A program made the position numbers and the translations under genes. This document shows, piece after piece, positions 1-12,707 of a stretch of 64,000 nucleotides of DNA (positions are counted from its first letter, which is position 1; each line of letters opens with the position of its first letter). The notes below the pieces were generated by a model. The model was not told where the DNA came from. It did not search any database and was given only the letters and a program-made list of their open reading frames with translations. The DNA is from Macrostomum lignano (lineage: Eukaryota): the NCBI GenBank assembly GCA_002269645.1, contig NIVC01000640.1, forward strand, positions 1 through 64,000. The letters run 5' to 3'.

Positions 1-695
1 GCTACAGTCGGTGAGGACACAGCAGGGGGTTAGCTACAGTCGGTGAGGACACAGCAGGGGTACTACAGTCGGTGAGGACACAGCAGGGGTAGCTACAGTC
101 AGTGAGGGACAAGCAGGGTAGCTACAGTCGTGAGGAACAGCAGGGGTAGCTACAGTCGTGAGGGACACAGCAGGGGGTAGCTACAGTCAGTGAGGGACAG
201 CAGCAGGGGTAGCTACAGTCGGAGGACACAGCAGGGGTAGCTACAGTCGTGAGGGACACAGCAGGGGGTAGCTACAGTCGGTGAGGGACACAGCAGGGGT
301 AGCTACAGTCGTGACGGACACAGCAGGGGTAGCTACAGTCGGTGAGGGACACAGCAGGGGTAGCTACAGTCGGTGAGGGACACAGCAGGGGTAGCTACAG
401 TCGGTGAGGGACACAGCAGGGGTAGCTACAGTCGTGAGGGACACAGCAGGGGTAGCTACAGTCGGTGAGGGACACAGCAGGGGGTAGCTACAGTCGTGAG
501 GGACACAGCAGGGGTAGCTACAGTCGTGAGGGACACAGCAGGGGTAGCTACAGTCGGTGAGGGACACAGCAGGGGTTGCTACAGTCGGTGAGGACACAGC
601 AGGGGTAGCTACAGTCGGTGAGGGACACAGCAGGGGTTGCTACAGTCGGTGAGGGACACAGCAGGGGTTGCTACAGTCAGTGACGGACACAGCAG
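1..695. repeat. Minisatellite, ~29-31 bp unit GCTACAGTCGGTGAGGGACACAGCAGGGGTA (runs off window start)
   Basis: Tandem unit read directly; ORF 364-597 is a translation of it. Confidence 0.97.
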
Positions 696-818
696 GGTAT
701 CATATACAGAAACACATCTGCCGCCTTCATCATGCAGGGAGCCATCTACGGCACAGCCCAGAAGATCCGGATCCCATTGTTGACGACATCGCCATGGGAT
801 TCTTGGACGTCTGCCTAA
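696..818 (+). CDS. Candidate terminal exon of an unidentified gene (GIIYRNTSAAFIMQGAIYGTAQKIRIPLLTTSPWDSWTSA*)
   Basis: CAG acceptor at 693-695, 41 open codons to TAA 816-818, GC-rich third positions, AT-rich UTR-like sequence after. No family recognised. Confidence 0.3.
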   Translation, partial: GIIYRNTSAAFIMQGAIYGTAQKIRIPLLTTSPWDSWTSA

Positions 819-1649
819 GTGTGTAGCGCTGGCACTGCAGTAGGCGTTGGCCAATTAAATTTCCAATTGATTTTCTTCAGCATTCTTTAACTGACGGTCT
901 GTTATTCCATTAGTGTGTATTACATTATCGATTTTTATATCGATCCTGATTTCGTTCAGTTTTGTGGCACCTGTCTCTTTCCTTATATTAACTGTCTATC
1001 CGTTCTTGTTATAAGAGTTAAGAGTTAATTAGTTTTTCGCACTCAACTGAACTTCCGGTAGTTGTTTTAATTAGACTGAAAGCGATTTTACTTGCTGGCT
1101 GGCTGTACATGCCTGAATGCCTGACGTCAAGAACGTCTGTGCCGCTGTACGAGTCATCATCATCAGGTATCATCAGATTATATTCGAAGCCGTTAATAAT
1201 TTGTTTTTCTACTGTTTAATTTTATAGTAGTAGCCTTTTTATTACTTAGCGTATTGAACTAGCTATGGTAGCTCGTAGTACTTCGTGATCGATTTCTTTG
1301 CAATGACAGACCCTCGACTGCGCTGTGTTTTTTGATCATATACTTTTTATTTATGCCAGTTTCATTTTCATACAGTGCGATTTCAATCCAGTGTTTTTTT
1401 CTCCGCTTTATTCATTCAATTAACAAAGCCGCGCAAATTGCCATGTATCGGAGATTGAAACCCGCCTGTTGCTCGAGCGTTTTTCGACTGCACTGTTTCA
1501 TGACACGGCAGTGGATGCCACCGAATGTCGCTCTCTCTTTATTTCTCTTTTTCACTGGGTAGTTTTTCCTTGTACTTTTTTACCGCTAACAAGTTTATTT
1601 TATTTGTATTTTTCCCGATCTTATACTGGCCGATCAAAGGGTTGCCGGG

Positions 1650-2790
1650 TAAAGCTGGTAGCTAATTTGCTGAATATCAAGGGTAAATCTGGTAGCTAAT
1701 TTGGTGAATATCAAGGGTAAATCTGGTAGATAATCCGCTGAATATCTAGGGTAAATCTGGTAGATAATCCGCTGAATATCAAGGGTAAATCTGGTTGATA
1801 ATCCCCTGAATATCAAGGGTAAATCTGGTAGATAATCCGCTGAATATCAAGGGTAAAGCTGGTAGATAATCCGCTGAATATCAAGGGTAAATCTGGTAGA
1901 TAATCCCCTGAATATCAAGGGTAAATCTGGTAGATAATCCGCTGAATATCAAGGGTAAATCTGGTAGATAATCCGCTGAATATCTAGGGTAAATCTGGTA
2001 GATAATCCGCTGAATTCCAAGGGTAAAGCTGGTAGATAATCCCCTGAATATCAAGGGTAAATCTGATAGATAATCCCCTGAATATCAAGGGTAAATCTGG
2101 TAGATAATCCCTGAATATCAAGGGTAAATCTGGTAGATAATCCGCTGAATATCTAGGGTAAATCTGGTAGATAATCCGCTGAATATCAAGGGTAAATCTG
2201 GTAGATAATCCGCTGAATTCCAAGGGTAAAGCTGGTAGATAATCCCCTGAATATCAAGGGTAAATCTGATAGATAATCCTCTGAATATCAAAGGTAAATC
2301 TGGTAGATAATCCGCTGAATATCAAGGGTAAAGCTGGTAGATAATCCGCTAAATAACAAGGGTAAATCTGGTAGATAATCCGCTGAATATCAAGGGTAAA
2401 TCTGGTAGATAATCCTCTGAATATCAAAGGTAAATCTGGTAGATAATCCGCTGAATATCAAAGGTAAATCTGGTAGCTAATCCGCTGAATATCAAGGGTA
2501 AAACTGGTAGATAAGCCGCTGAATATCAAAGGTAAATCTGGTAGATAATCCGCTGAATATCAAAGGTAAATCTGGTAGCTAATCCGCTGAATATCAAGGG
2601 TAAAGCTGGTAGATAATCCCCTGAATATCAAGGGTAAATCTGGTAGATAATCCCTGAATATCAAGGGTAAAGCTGGTAGATAAGCCGCTGAATATCAAGG
2701 GTAAAGCTGGTAGATAATCCGCTGAATATCAAGGGTAAAGCTGGTAGATAATCCGCTGAATATAAAGGGTAAGTTTGGTAGCTAATCCAC
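1650..2790. repeat. Minisatellite, 34-bp unit AAGGGTAAATCTGGTAGATAATCCGCTGAATATC
   Basis: Tandem unit read directly. Confidence 0.97.
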
Positions 2791-3736
2791 TGATGGTCGA
2801 TACATATCGGTATGTTGAATATTGTGAACATTCTCCATCATTTCCATTGGCTGCTGTTGTTAAACGAGTGTCCAAAATGCGCACAGTAATGCTGGCTACA
2901 ATGCCAATTGGGAATAATTATTAATTAAGTTATTCCTATCTCTGTCTTACTAAGACTTTTTGGCCACTATTTGCTACATTTTTAGCCTCTTTGTTCTCTA
3001 GCAATTTAGGCTGAAACTGAGACAAGTATACTGATTACTGTTTTCCTATTGTAGTTAACAGTGTTTTGATGTCGAAATCTAATTTCGAATCGAATGCAGT
3101 CTTGAGTTTAAAAATTTTCAATTTAACAATTCTTTCGAGCTCCGCCTGCGACAGCCTATGGCTGGCCGACCTGTCAGCTCGGTGGGGAGCGGCCCGCCAT
3201 TGGCTGCTGGACAATCGACCCTGGCCTCTATTCCCCATCCCCATCGCACTCCTGTTTTCATTGACATTATTTAAAGAGAGCCAGCCAATGCTGGACTGAC
3301 GCGGTGCACTGTTTGATTTTGGCCCGCTGTTTGCCCCACCTGCTAGGCCGTCTTTCTCAATCAACACCTTTATCACACTGCTAACATTAAGCTGCTGCAT
3401 CTGGGTGATAAGCTGCTCCACGACAGCTCGAAAACATCTTGACTTTCCCACGCTCTCGAGACTACTTAATCTTGCCCAGATCGCGACAGACTGCTCGGCC
3501 CATTGAAGCAGACAGTTCTTCTGAAGCGTAATTGAAGTCGTCGAATATCTTTGGAATCATGGTTCAACGACTGCTGCCTTCCTGGGTACTGTTCCTGCTG
3601 CTCGGTATGTCGAATTTTCATCGGCCTTTTATATTGCACTTTTAGCCTCCGGGAAACATAACCGCATTTTGCCTTGCTACTTTTTAGGATGCATCTTTGC
3701 AGCTCAGGCTTCAACCGCTCGTCACTCTGGAAAACA

Positions 3737-4400
3737 CAAGAGGATGCTGCGCGATCCCATGCTGGACAAGAGGATGTTGCGTGACCCCATGCTCGACAAG
3801 AGGATGCTGCGTGACCCCATGCTCGACAAGAGGATGCTGCGTGACCCCATGCTGGACAAGAGGATGCTGCGTGACCCCATGCTCGACAAGAGGATGCTGC
3901 GCGATCCCATGCTGGACAAGAGGATGCTGCGTGACCCCATGCTCGACAAGAGGATGCTGCGCGATCCCATGCTGGACAAGAGGATGCTGCGTGATCCCAT
4001 GCTCGATAAGCGGATGCTGCGTGACCCCATGCTCGACAAGAGGATGCTGCGTGATCCCATGCTCGATAAGCGGATGCTGCGTGACCCCATGCTGGACAAG
4101 CGGATGCTGCGTGACCCCATGCTGGACAAGCGGATGCTGCGTGATCCCATGCTCGATAAGCGGATGCTGCGTGACCCCATGCTGGACAAGCGGATGCTGC
4201 GTGACCCCATGCTGGACAAGCGGATGCTGCGTGACCCCATGCTGGACAAGCGGATGCTGCGTGACCCCATGCTGGACAAGCGGATGCTGCGTGACCCCAT
4301 GCTGGACAAGCGGATGCTGCGTGACCCCATGCTGGACAAGCGGATGCTGCGTGCCCCATGCTGGACAAGCGGATGCTGCGTGACCCCATGCTGGACTAGA
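3737..4400. repeat. Minisatellite, 30-bp unit GACAAGAGGATGCTGCGTGACCCCATGCTC (copy 1)
   Basis: Tandem unit read directly; source of the DKRMLRDPML-type ORFs. Confidence 0.97.
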
Positions 4401-4870
4401 AGATTTGTTCTACTCTGATGCGAGCAACTGTTTTGGTCCAGTCGACACTAAGAATGTACTTTTACTGGCTTTTAGCTTTTAATCGGTTCCATAGATCTCC
4501 TGGGATGTTGAGCGAATTAGACACTTTTCGGCCTGAATCGATTCCCACTCGTTCCTATTTTAAACTGTTTCACACCTGCTGGAAATTACAAAGCTGGCTC
4601 TCAGTGCTGTTCGCACTTGTTCTCAGCCAGAGAGTAGCAAATCGCATATTTTGTTCGAACTTAGATTTTCATTACTGGGCGAGGCTGTTACTGATTATTC
4701 GAAGTTAACCCACGCTGATTACGTAAATCTCAGGTGGCGCAATGCAAAAAAATATTTTCTTTAAAAGCGTTCCATTTTCACGCCTACTGGTCCAGAGGTG
4801 ATGGGTTGGAGTACCTACTTCCTGCTAGGGCGGACTCGCTCTGTACTCGTGGAGTATCTTAAAGCATAAA

Positions 4871-5160
4871 GTCGCTGTAGCCTAGTGGTTAGAACGTCCT
4901 ACTAGCGACTGAAAGGTCGGGAGTTCGATTTTCGACCCACTCGGAAAAATTTGTGTTCTTGAGCAAGACACTTAACTCTGCATTGCTTCAGTTCACCCAG
5001 CTGTAAAATGGGTGCCAGCATTAGCTGGGGTAATTGAGGGTGTGTGGCGACTACCCAGTCCTTGGACTGAACAGCCGTACGCAGCCTTCAGATGAGCTGC
5101 CAGTTGAGCTGTCGGTTGCTCATCTGGCCATCAGGGCAGTTGTAATCAATTATTATTATT
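4871..5160 (+). mobile_element. tRNA-derived SINE family 1, copy A
   Basis: A-box TAGCCTAGTGG, B-box-like AGTTCGATT, CORE-SINE-like body (TTGAGCAAGACACTTAAC...CTGTAAAATGGG), (TAT)n tail; two further copies at ~40577 and ~44735. Confidence 0.85.
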
Positions 5161-5486
5161 AATATTTTAGATCATGGAAGTGTTCAGGTTTCAGCTCAGA
5201 ATAACTTTCCATTCTTCAACGCACACTTTCTACAAATAATGCATGCCTTGAAGGAAACTTTGGCTTGCGGATGTGAAGCAACGAGAAACACGCAAGATTT
5301 TTATCAGGAAAATTACATATCTGCGTATCTACATGTACGAGTAATAAGACTGCTAAACTTGGTTATTGCCACTGAATATTGAATCTGGTTATTGCTATTT
5401 TTTTGTTAACCAACATTTAGCGAATCGTCTAACTTTAAAATGAGCTTCTGGAAATGTTACTGCAATACAACAACAACAACAAAATA

Positions 5487-6792
5487 CGAGGGGCACTAGA
5501 TAAGTTTCTAGCTGCGGTCAACATGTAACAGTTATAAAGATGAAACTTTCAGAGCTTTTCAAAGTACTCTCCATCAGCTTGGATACACCGCCTCATCCGC
5601 TCAAACCAAGTTTCAAAGCAGTGGCGCCACTCTGAGTGGGATACCCCCTCAACGGCCGATCTATAGGCATCAACAGCCTCTTCGGCGGAGGAAAATCGGC
5701 ACCCTCGCATGGAATTCTTGATGAATGGAAATAAAAAAAAGTCACACGGTGCCAGGTCAGGTGAATATGGTGGATGACTGAGCTGCTGGAAGCCCACCGT
5801 CTGTAGAAACTCTCGAGTTCGATTCGCCGTGTGCGCACTGGCGTTGTCCTGGTGCAGCCAGAGACCTCGAACGCCGCACTTTGGCCGCGCCTCTTTAAGG
5901 CTGCTGATGACACGCGGCAGGCAGACGGTGCAGTACCAATCTGCAGTCACTGTGCGCTGGCTCTCGAGTGCTACAGTCGCAATGTGGCCAGTCTTTCGGA
6001 AGAAAGTTGCCACCATTTGCTTGCCAGTGCTCCGACCCCTGACAACCTTGGTCGGCGGGGCTTCATCTTCAAAAGCCCACACACGCGACTGGCATTTCCG
6101 CTCGGGTTCGTAGCAATACACCCACGTTTCGTCACATGTGACAATGTCTGTGACAGACTTCGACGTCCCTCCGCCAAACCTGTCCAGCATTTCCTGGCAC
6201 CAGCTCATGCGGGCCTGCTTCTGCTCGGTGGTGAGCAAATGCGGCACCCAGCGACTGGTCAGCTTGCGGACAGCGAGGTGATCACGAAGGATAGAAGCGA
6301 CTGTCGGCGATGAGATTCCAAGACATGCCTCAATCGTTTGATACGTCACTCGCCGATCAGCCTCAATCATGCGCCGCACGCGGTCGATAGTTTCAGGTGT
6401 CGTCACTGAAACAGGTCGGCCGGTTCGACCTTCGTCTTCCAAGCTGTCTCGGCCACGCTTGAACTCCCGGAACCAGGCGGTGACGGTGGCGATGGATGGC
6501 GCAAGGTTAGGAAAGGCAGCAGACAGCCGCTCGTGGCACTGGTGAAATGTCAAGCCGCTCTTAAAATCGTAGAAAATCATGGCACGAAAGTGTTCACGAT
6601 TGAGCTCCATTACAGTGCTGAAAGAGTCACAGACCTTGTTGAGACAAAATGCGACAGTGAGAGAATGGTGACAATTAGGTGCATGAAACTTTGGGGACCA
6701 TGATAAAACTTCTTATTCAATATGCTCAGAAAATATGGCCTAATTTGAATAAACGGTTTGACCGCAGCTAAAAACTTATCTAGTGCCCCTCG
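5487..6792 (-). mobile_element. Full-length mariner (Tc1/mariner, D,D34D) DNA transposon, 1306 bp
   Basis: 35-bp TIRs CGAGGGGCACTAGATAAGTTT(C/T)TAGCTGCGGTCAA at 5487-5521 and 6758-6792 (1 mismatch); TA TSD at 5485-5486 and 6793-6794. Confidence 0.97.
5549..6610 (-). CDS. Mariner transposase, 353 aa, uninterrupted
   Basis: WVPHLL, TCDETW, HQDNASAH and HPPYSPDLAPCDF motifs; 34 residues counted between the second and third Asp. Confidence 0.96.
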   Translation of the reverse strand: MELNREHFRAMIFYDFKSGLTFHQCHERLSAAFPNLAPSIATVTAWFREFKRGRDSLEDEGRTGRPVSVTTPETIDRVRRMIEADRRVTYQTIEACLGISSPTVASILRDHLAVRKLTSRWVPHLLTTEQKQARMSWCQEMLDRFGGGTSKSVTDIVTCDETWVYCYEPERKCQSRVWAFEDEAPPTKVVRGRSTGKQMVATFFRKTGHIATVALESQRTVTADWYCTVCLPRVISSLKEARPKCGVRGLWLHQDNASAHTANRTREFLQTVGFQQLSHPPYSPDLAPCDFFLFPFIKNSMRGCRFSSAEEAVDAYRSAVEGVSHSEWRHCFETWFERMRRCIQADGEYFEKL

Positions 6793-9700
6793 TACGTTGT
6801 CAATCAGTTAGCAGACAACGTCACAAGGCGCGTTTCAAGGCCTGGGCGCGAACGTAGGCTGCACCGCCGGCAGTGTCCGGGGCGCCTGCATCAGCCAGCA
6901 GGCAGTCGACGAAACGCCGAGTGCGCGCGCCTGCCCCCGCCGGTAGGGTGCCTGCAGCGTCAGCAGCAGCACCTGCACCAGCTGTGGGCAGTACGACTCT
7001 GCTCGGATGAAATGGCTTGCTAGCTGGAGTCGCCCACGGCGCAACAGTTCGCTGGGGCGGGACAGGCCAGTGCGGCGATAGAGTGCCGCATTGGTGACTC
7101 GCTCGTAGCCTGTCTTAAAGGCGGCGCGCAGCCGGCCAGCGTGCGCCGCATCGACCAGCTGTTCGAGCGAGTCCGTCAGCGTCCAGGTCTCGGCGTTGTA
7201 CAACAGGACGGTCTCGATCACCGCCTGGAACAACGCCGCCCTCTGGCGGTCGGGCAGGGCCTCGGACTGCAGGACAACCCTCACGGAACGGAAGGTAGCC
7301 CAGGCAAGTCCACGGCGACGTCTCAGATCCTTGCGAACGTCAGGCACCAGACCACCGAGGTAGACGAACTGCTGACAGCACGGAAGCTTCGTCACCTGCC
7401 CGTCCGCGCCTCGGCAGAAAATTGCAGCCTCGGTGTCGTCCGGCACGCATAGCACGACGGTCTTCTGCGTGTTGACCACCAGGCCGACACTCGCCGCAAC
7501 GCTCACCAGCCGGTCCAGCTGGCGTTGGGCGCCCTCGACGGTCGATGACAGCAGGGCGAGATCATCGGCGTAGCCCAGAATGCTAAGCCGCCTTTCCGGT
7601 TGACGTCGACCCACGCGTCGCTGCAACAGGAAGCCGTCGTGGGACAAACAAGAACGGCGCAAGCGTATTTCCCTGAAGCACCCCAGAGGATGTCTCAAAG
7701 AAATCCGACAGGCCGTCCGATTTCAGCACAGCAGCGTTCCTGTCGTGATACAGCGCCATGACGGCGGAGATCAGCTGCTCTGGCACGTTGTACGCACGAA
7801 GCACCATTGGGAGCACGGCCCTCACGACCGAGTCGAAAGCCTTCCTGAATTCAACAAAGAGAGAAATCAGGCTTGACTGGCGGGTCCGCGCTTCCTCGAT
7901 GACTCGGCGAAGAGCCAGGATCTGCCCCATTGTGCCACGATGGGGCCGGAACCCGTTCTGCTCAGGCCGCAAGTACGGATCCAGCACGGGCTGCAACCGC
8001 GATAGCAGCATCCGGTTGAACAGCTTCACAGCACAGGACTGCAGGCAGATATACCTCTGTGCTCCTCAAGCCGCGTGGTGCACGGCTTCTTCGGAATAGC
8101 GACGATGTGTGCCGTGGTCCATTCGTTGGGTGCCGCCACACCGCAAAGCACGCGGTTCATCAAACTGGCGACCTCGCTGGCCACACAGTGGAGTCGCAGC
8201 GCCTCGATGGGCACCTCGTCGGGACCCAGCGCTTTCCCGCCCGGTGACTGTTGGGCGAGCCTCACAACGTCGGCTGTGCTGACTGGGGCTGCATTAAAAC
8301 TCTCCTCTGCCGGCAACGGTGTCTCCGGCGGCAGCCTCAGATCGTTTGGAATCGTTTGGAATACTGCAATAATGGCTTAAATAACGCAGGTGTCCCGTTG
8401 GACACGAAGTAAATGGGTACAGAGTAGCTAAAACTTTTTTCGGACACACTTGAAACTCTTTAAAGAAACTCTTGCAATGAAATAGGCCTAGTGCTTTGCG
8501 GAGTTTCATCCGTCTACTGGAGCAGCCTTCGAAGGATTTTGGTACTGAGAGAGCCACTGTGTCGCAGAAGTGTGCAACAATATAACGCCTCAGGGAAAGG
8601 TAAAAAGGAGGTTAATATCCCCTCTGACATCCTTGTGAGCTTTGTGAGTCAGATTTGCGAGTCAATTGAGCTGCACAACAAGCCGTCCTGTCCATTCTGC
8701 TGACCCCTGAGCGCGGACAGACTCGCTCACACAGAAGTACAGCGTGGCCCTGACTTTCTAATCGTCGGGTACAGCATGTACACGCTCGATCTGTGCCTTG
8801 GTTGTTGGCCCTCGTGGGCGAGAATGGCGCAAGCCCAGATTAATCTTCGTGCACGAGCTTATTCTTGTAAGACTGCATCTGGTAGGTGGCAGCTGAGACG
8901 AAGTTTCAGAAAAACTCGCGAAAAAACTAAGCTACTGTATGCACATGACAGCTTCGAATTCATCGACAAACTTCTTCTCAAATATTTGCTTAGCTTAAAT
9001 GCAGGCAATTTCAGTAGCTGGCCAATTTGCAAGATTCCCAGTACTTTGTTTAGCTAAAATCGCCGAGAAATCTTGTGGCGGCGCAGTGTGTTGCTTCTGC
9101 GGGATTTGCGTTCTTCAGCAATGCCTGATTGGCTTCATTAATTATTTATTAGCCATTCGCATGCTGAGGTTACCTGTAGGCAGAAGAAAATTGGCTTGAA
9201 TTTTTGGTTCAGGAAGCTGACTGACATTGCAGCTGTTAGCGTAGCTGTTTCGTCATATCTATACATATACGATACACTATATTATCCATGTAAACTGACT
9301 CATGAAAATTATGCTACTCAACTTCTTGACACCATGAGCACAGCTTTTGTCGTGCTATGAGGTGCCAATTTCAAGCGTTTGAGTTTAAATGTAACTCGAG
9401 AAAGCAAGACAAGTCCATTGGTCATGCTTCAGGAAAAAAAGGAACGATTTGAGTTTTATTTTACAGACAGACTAAAAAACAGACATTGATTGAAATTTAC
9501 ATACGCCATTGCGTAGCACATACGCTAACGCAGAGCGTTCACACTTCGCGATGTCAAACTTGAATGGATCCATTCGCGTCGATGAAGTCATTCAGTCGCT
9601 CTACTGAGCTCCTCTCTTGACACTCGGAACTGGCCACGCAACACTCCTTGTTCAACTGTTCCAATGTGACACACTTGATCAACATCCTCGAGAGAAAGTG

Positions 9701-11075
9701 CTTCAGCAGCTTTCTTCAAGTCTAAATCATCTATGTACTTCTCGATCTCGGCGCCAGTAAGTCCACTTATCATTCCTCCAGGGAAAGCGTCCCAATGAAG
9801 AAGCCGGGTCGTAGTCATTTTACAGCTCGTCAGTCAACTGAGAAGTCCTTTCTCCATTCCTGAATTCACTATCTGTATAGCACTGTTTCGTAAGACAGTC
9901 TATGGTAGTCTGGTAAAAATGAAACAGTATGAATCATTTACGACTCGTAGTTTATACCATAGACATCAGTATATACATACACTTTTCTGAATATTCAATT
10001 TTAGCGAGCTTATGTGGGGGCTCCGCCCCCGGAACGGCGCTGAACACTACCATAGACAAAACGCAAAATAAGAAAATCTTAAGGAGGCATTGATGCACGA
10101 ACAGAAAACACAATGTACCAGTAACTAAAGCACGGCTTGGTCGTGTAGCCACGCCCATAGACACTCGTGCGCGCGACTCCCAGCCGTGCTTTAGTGCCTC
10201 ATTAATCGAAATTTCCCATCACGGTAATAACCTCTGCCTAATGGCTGGTCATTAACTGACAATCCGGTTTCGATCATAGACAATGCAATCAATGTAGTTA
10301 ACATGAAGCGAATTTTAAGTTAATCGCCAAATTGCCACTCGTGCGCTATGCACACTTATGACCTTGATCTTGAAACTTAAAATCTCGCTTCTTATTAACC
10401 TTCCATTGACCATTAAATGAAGCATATTTTAAATCACAGATTGAAAGCATCAAATTTTAGAGAAGATCAGCTCCTAAAACGAGATTTTCTTAAAATCGTG
10501 TCCCGATGGTCTCTGGGATCTCTAAATTACGTGGATAATTCGATGAGACAAAAGTAAACACGCATCTCGAATTTAGTTTAATGTCCAGTTTAAACCAGAC
10601 AGTCAGTTGAATGAAGTCATTTTGGTAAATTACTTCACAAACGCGTCATCTTCAATAGACTGTTCCTCGATTTGCTGTTCCATTTATGCGCTCCTCGCGC
10701 CGGTTTGCCGTTGAAGAAGGGCATCAACTTGTGACCTCTCGACAATCAAGATATGGTTACTCCAGACAGTTTCTTGGCTGCATGATGGTACTGTAGCTCG
10801 TGTGATATCTGTTCCTCTCCAGATTTTTAAACCCTCTTATGTGTGTAAAATGTAACCCTAACCCAAACCGAGGAATCTTTCAAACCTCCTCTTCATTCAT
10901 ATTAAGCATCAGCATGAAGACAATGGATGTCCATAGCCAAAATAGAGAGAGACTTTTGAGTTTGTATATCAATAATTAGAGTATCACAAATTGTTTTTTT
11001 ACGTGTTGTTAACGTCTATGGCACGAGTGCGCGTAGCGAGGAGACCGAACTAGAGGCGTTGACAAGGAGTTCTAT

Positions 11076-11240
11076 AATTAGCAACCTGGAGTGGAAACGA
11101 GTTTTTCAGTTTTATCTCATGAGGCCAGACTAGCATAGACAGAGTCAGACAGAGCCATCGACATTCAGTGCTGGCTCCTTATTCTTTACAATTACGTGGC
11201 CTCATGTGGTAAAACTCGTTTCCGCTCCAGATTGCTAATT
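11076..11240. mobile_element. Small MITE-like inverted-repeat element
   Basis: AATTAGCAACCTGGAGTGGAAACGAGTTTT...CATGAGGCC versus GGCCTCATG...AAAACTCGTTTCCGCTCCAGATTGCTAATT; no TSD resolved. Confidence 0.55.
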
Positions 11241-11769
11241 GTCAATCCATCATTATCGATTTTTCAGTGAATGCTCACTGGTATGTGCATGGGGGTGTGG
11301 GGGCGAAGCCCTCGCATTTCAACCATAGACATAATGATTTAGTGAGAAACTATACAGTTCAACTATAGAGAAAGAATAAAGGAAAAAATCCATCATCGGC
11401 GCGACTTTTCGGGCCAAAATGAAATCGTCTATGGCAATAATCGAATATCAGCCCGCCCGATAGCCACGTAGTCATGGTACAATTTGTCTACTTTGCTCGT
11501 ATTAGCGTCTATGGCTTCGGCAGTGCCATAGATATAGAAGTCGACCAACAGTACAGAACCGCTGCTCTAAAGCGACTATAAAAGCGAGAGGGCGCTTTGT
11601 CTGTTCCGTGCCTCACAACATTTTTTAACCACCGATTCAATCAGTTGATAATAACTGTTAAGCCAATTAGTAAACTATATTCGTTCGGTTTAACTATCCA
11701 TTTAGACAGACGATCATGGCTTATCAGCCACTACAAAATTGCCTGTTGTCGCTTTTGCTAATTGGTAAG

Positions 11770-12128
11770 GGGGGCCGTAGCCCAGCGGTAGCGCAGCTGC
11801 TCTGGTGTGCCGCAACCCAGGCTCGATTCCAAGTGCAGCCACATTAATTTGGGGCTGGATTGGAATCTTGGCTTGGTTCGCTTGTGCAATTAACGGCCTT
11901 GAGAGCCAACCCCCCCAAGGCGCAGTGAAGTGTACATGCCTAACAATTGATAAAGTTAGGGCCGCTGTACACTCCTGTGTGAGTGTGTGCCTGCGTAACG
12001 TATCCACGCGCTTGTATGCCTGCTCAGGGGAGTCGGCGGAATGGGCAGTAATGCCTCTCGCCGGTTGTGTGACAATGTCGCTTAAATTGCGCCAGGGTGC
12101 ACACAACCCCCCTGCCTGTAATAAAAAA
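11770..12128 (+). mobile_element. tRNA-derived SINE family 2
   Basis: A-box TAGCCCAGCGG, B-box GGCTCGATTCC, A-rich tail, 15-bp TSD TTGCTAATTGGTAAG at 11755-11769 and 12129-12143. Confidence 0.88.
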
Positions 12129-12286
12129 TTGCTAATTGGTAAGCCTTTGTCCTTATTTATATCAATCTACTTATTGTAAATTGTATCAGCTACATTTTGA
12201 TGCCTGTTTGATGCCCGGTAGCTAATAAAAAAATGCGACACTCCGTATTCCTCTAGGCGCCTTTTTACTATCGACTTCTAACGCGA

Positions 12287-12707
12287 TGCCGATGCTGCGT
12301 GACCCCATGCTCGACAAAAGGATGCTGCGTGACCCCTTGCTGGACAAGAGGATGCTGCGTGATCCCATGCTCGACAAGAGGATGCTGCGTGACCCTTGCT
12401 GGACAAAAGGATGCTGCGTGATCCCATGCTCGACAAGAGGATGCTGCGTGACCCCATGCTCGACAAGAGGATGCTGCGTGACCCCTTGCTGGACAAGAGG
12501 ATGCTGCGTGATCCCATGCTCGACAAGAGGATGCTGCGTGACCCCTTGCTGGACAAGAGGATGCTGCGCGATCCCATGCTCGACAAGAGGATGCTGCGTG
12601 ACCCCATGCTCGACAAGAGGATGCTGCGTGACCCCTTGCTCGACAAGAGGATGCTGCGTGGCCCTCGCTCGACATGAAGATGCTGCGTGACCCCATGCTT
12701 GACTAGA
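12287..12707. repeat. Minisatellite, same 30-bp unit as 3737-4400 (copy 2)
   Basis: Same unit and orientation. Confidence 0.96.

Larger units (their letters stand above)
5468..8361 (-). mobile_element. 5'-truncated, frameshifted RTE-clade non-LTR retrotransposon (contains nested mariner)
   Basis: RT motifs over three frames (8026-8316, 7583-8029, 6835-7698): QNGFR, EFRKAFDSV, GVLQGNTLAPFLF, YADDLALL; (TTG)n tail at 5468-5483; 10-bp TSD TACTGCAATA at 5458-5467 and 8362-8371. Confidence 0.9.

Noticed and set aside
3035-3720. Minus-strand ORFs as a gene
   Set aside because: No family motif and no consistent exon phases; the longer ORF is largely satellite.
4871-4945. Functional tRNA genes at the SINE heads (also 11770, 40577, 45044)
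   Set aside because: Cloverleaf incomplete; each continues into a shared SINE body or has a TSD.
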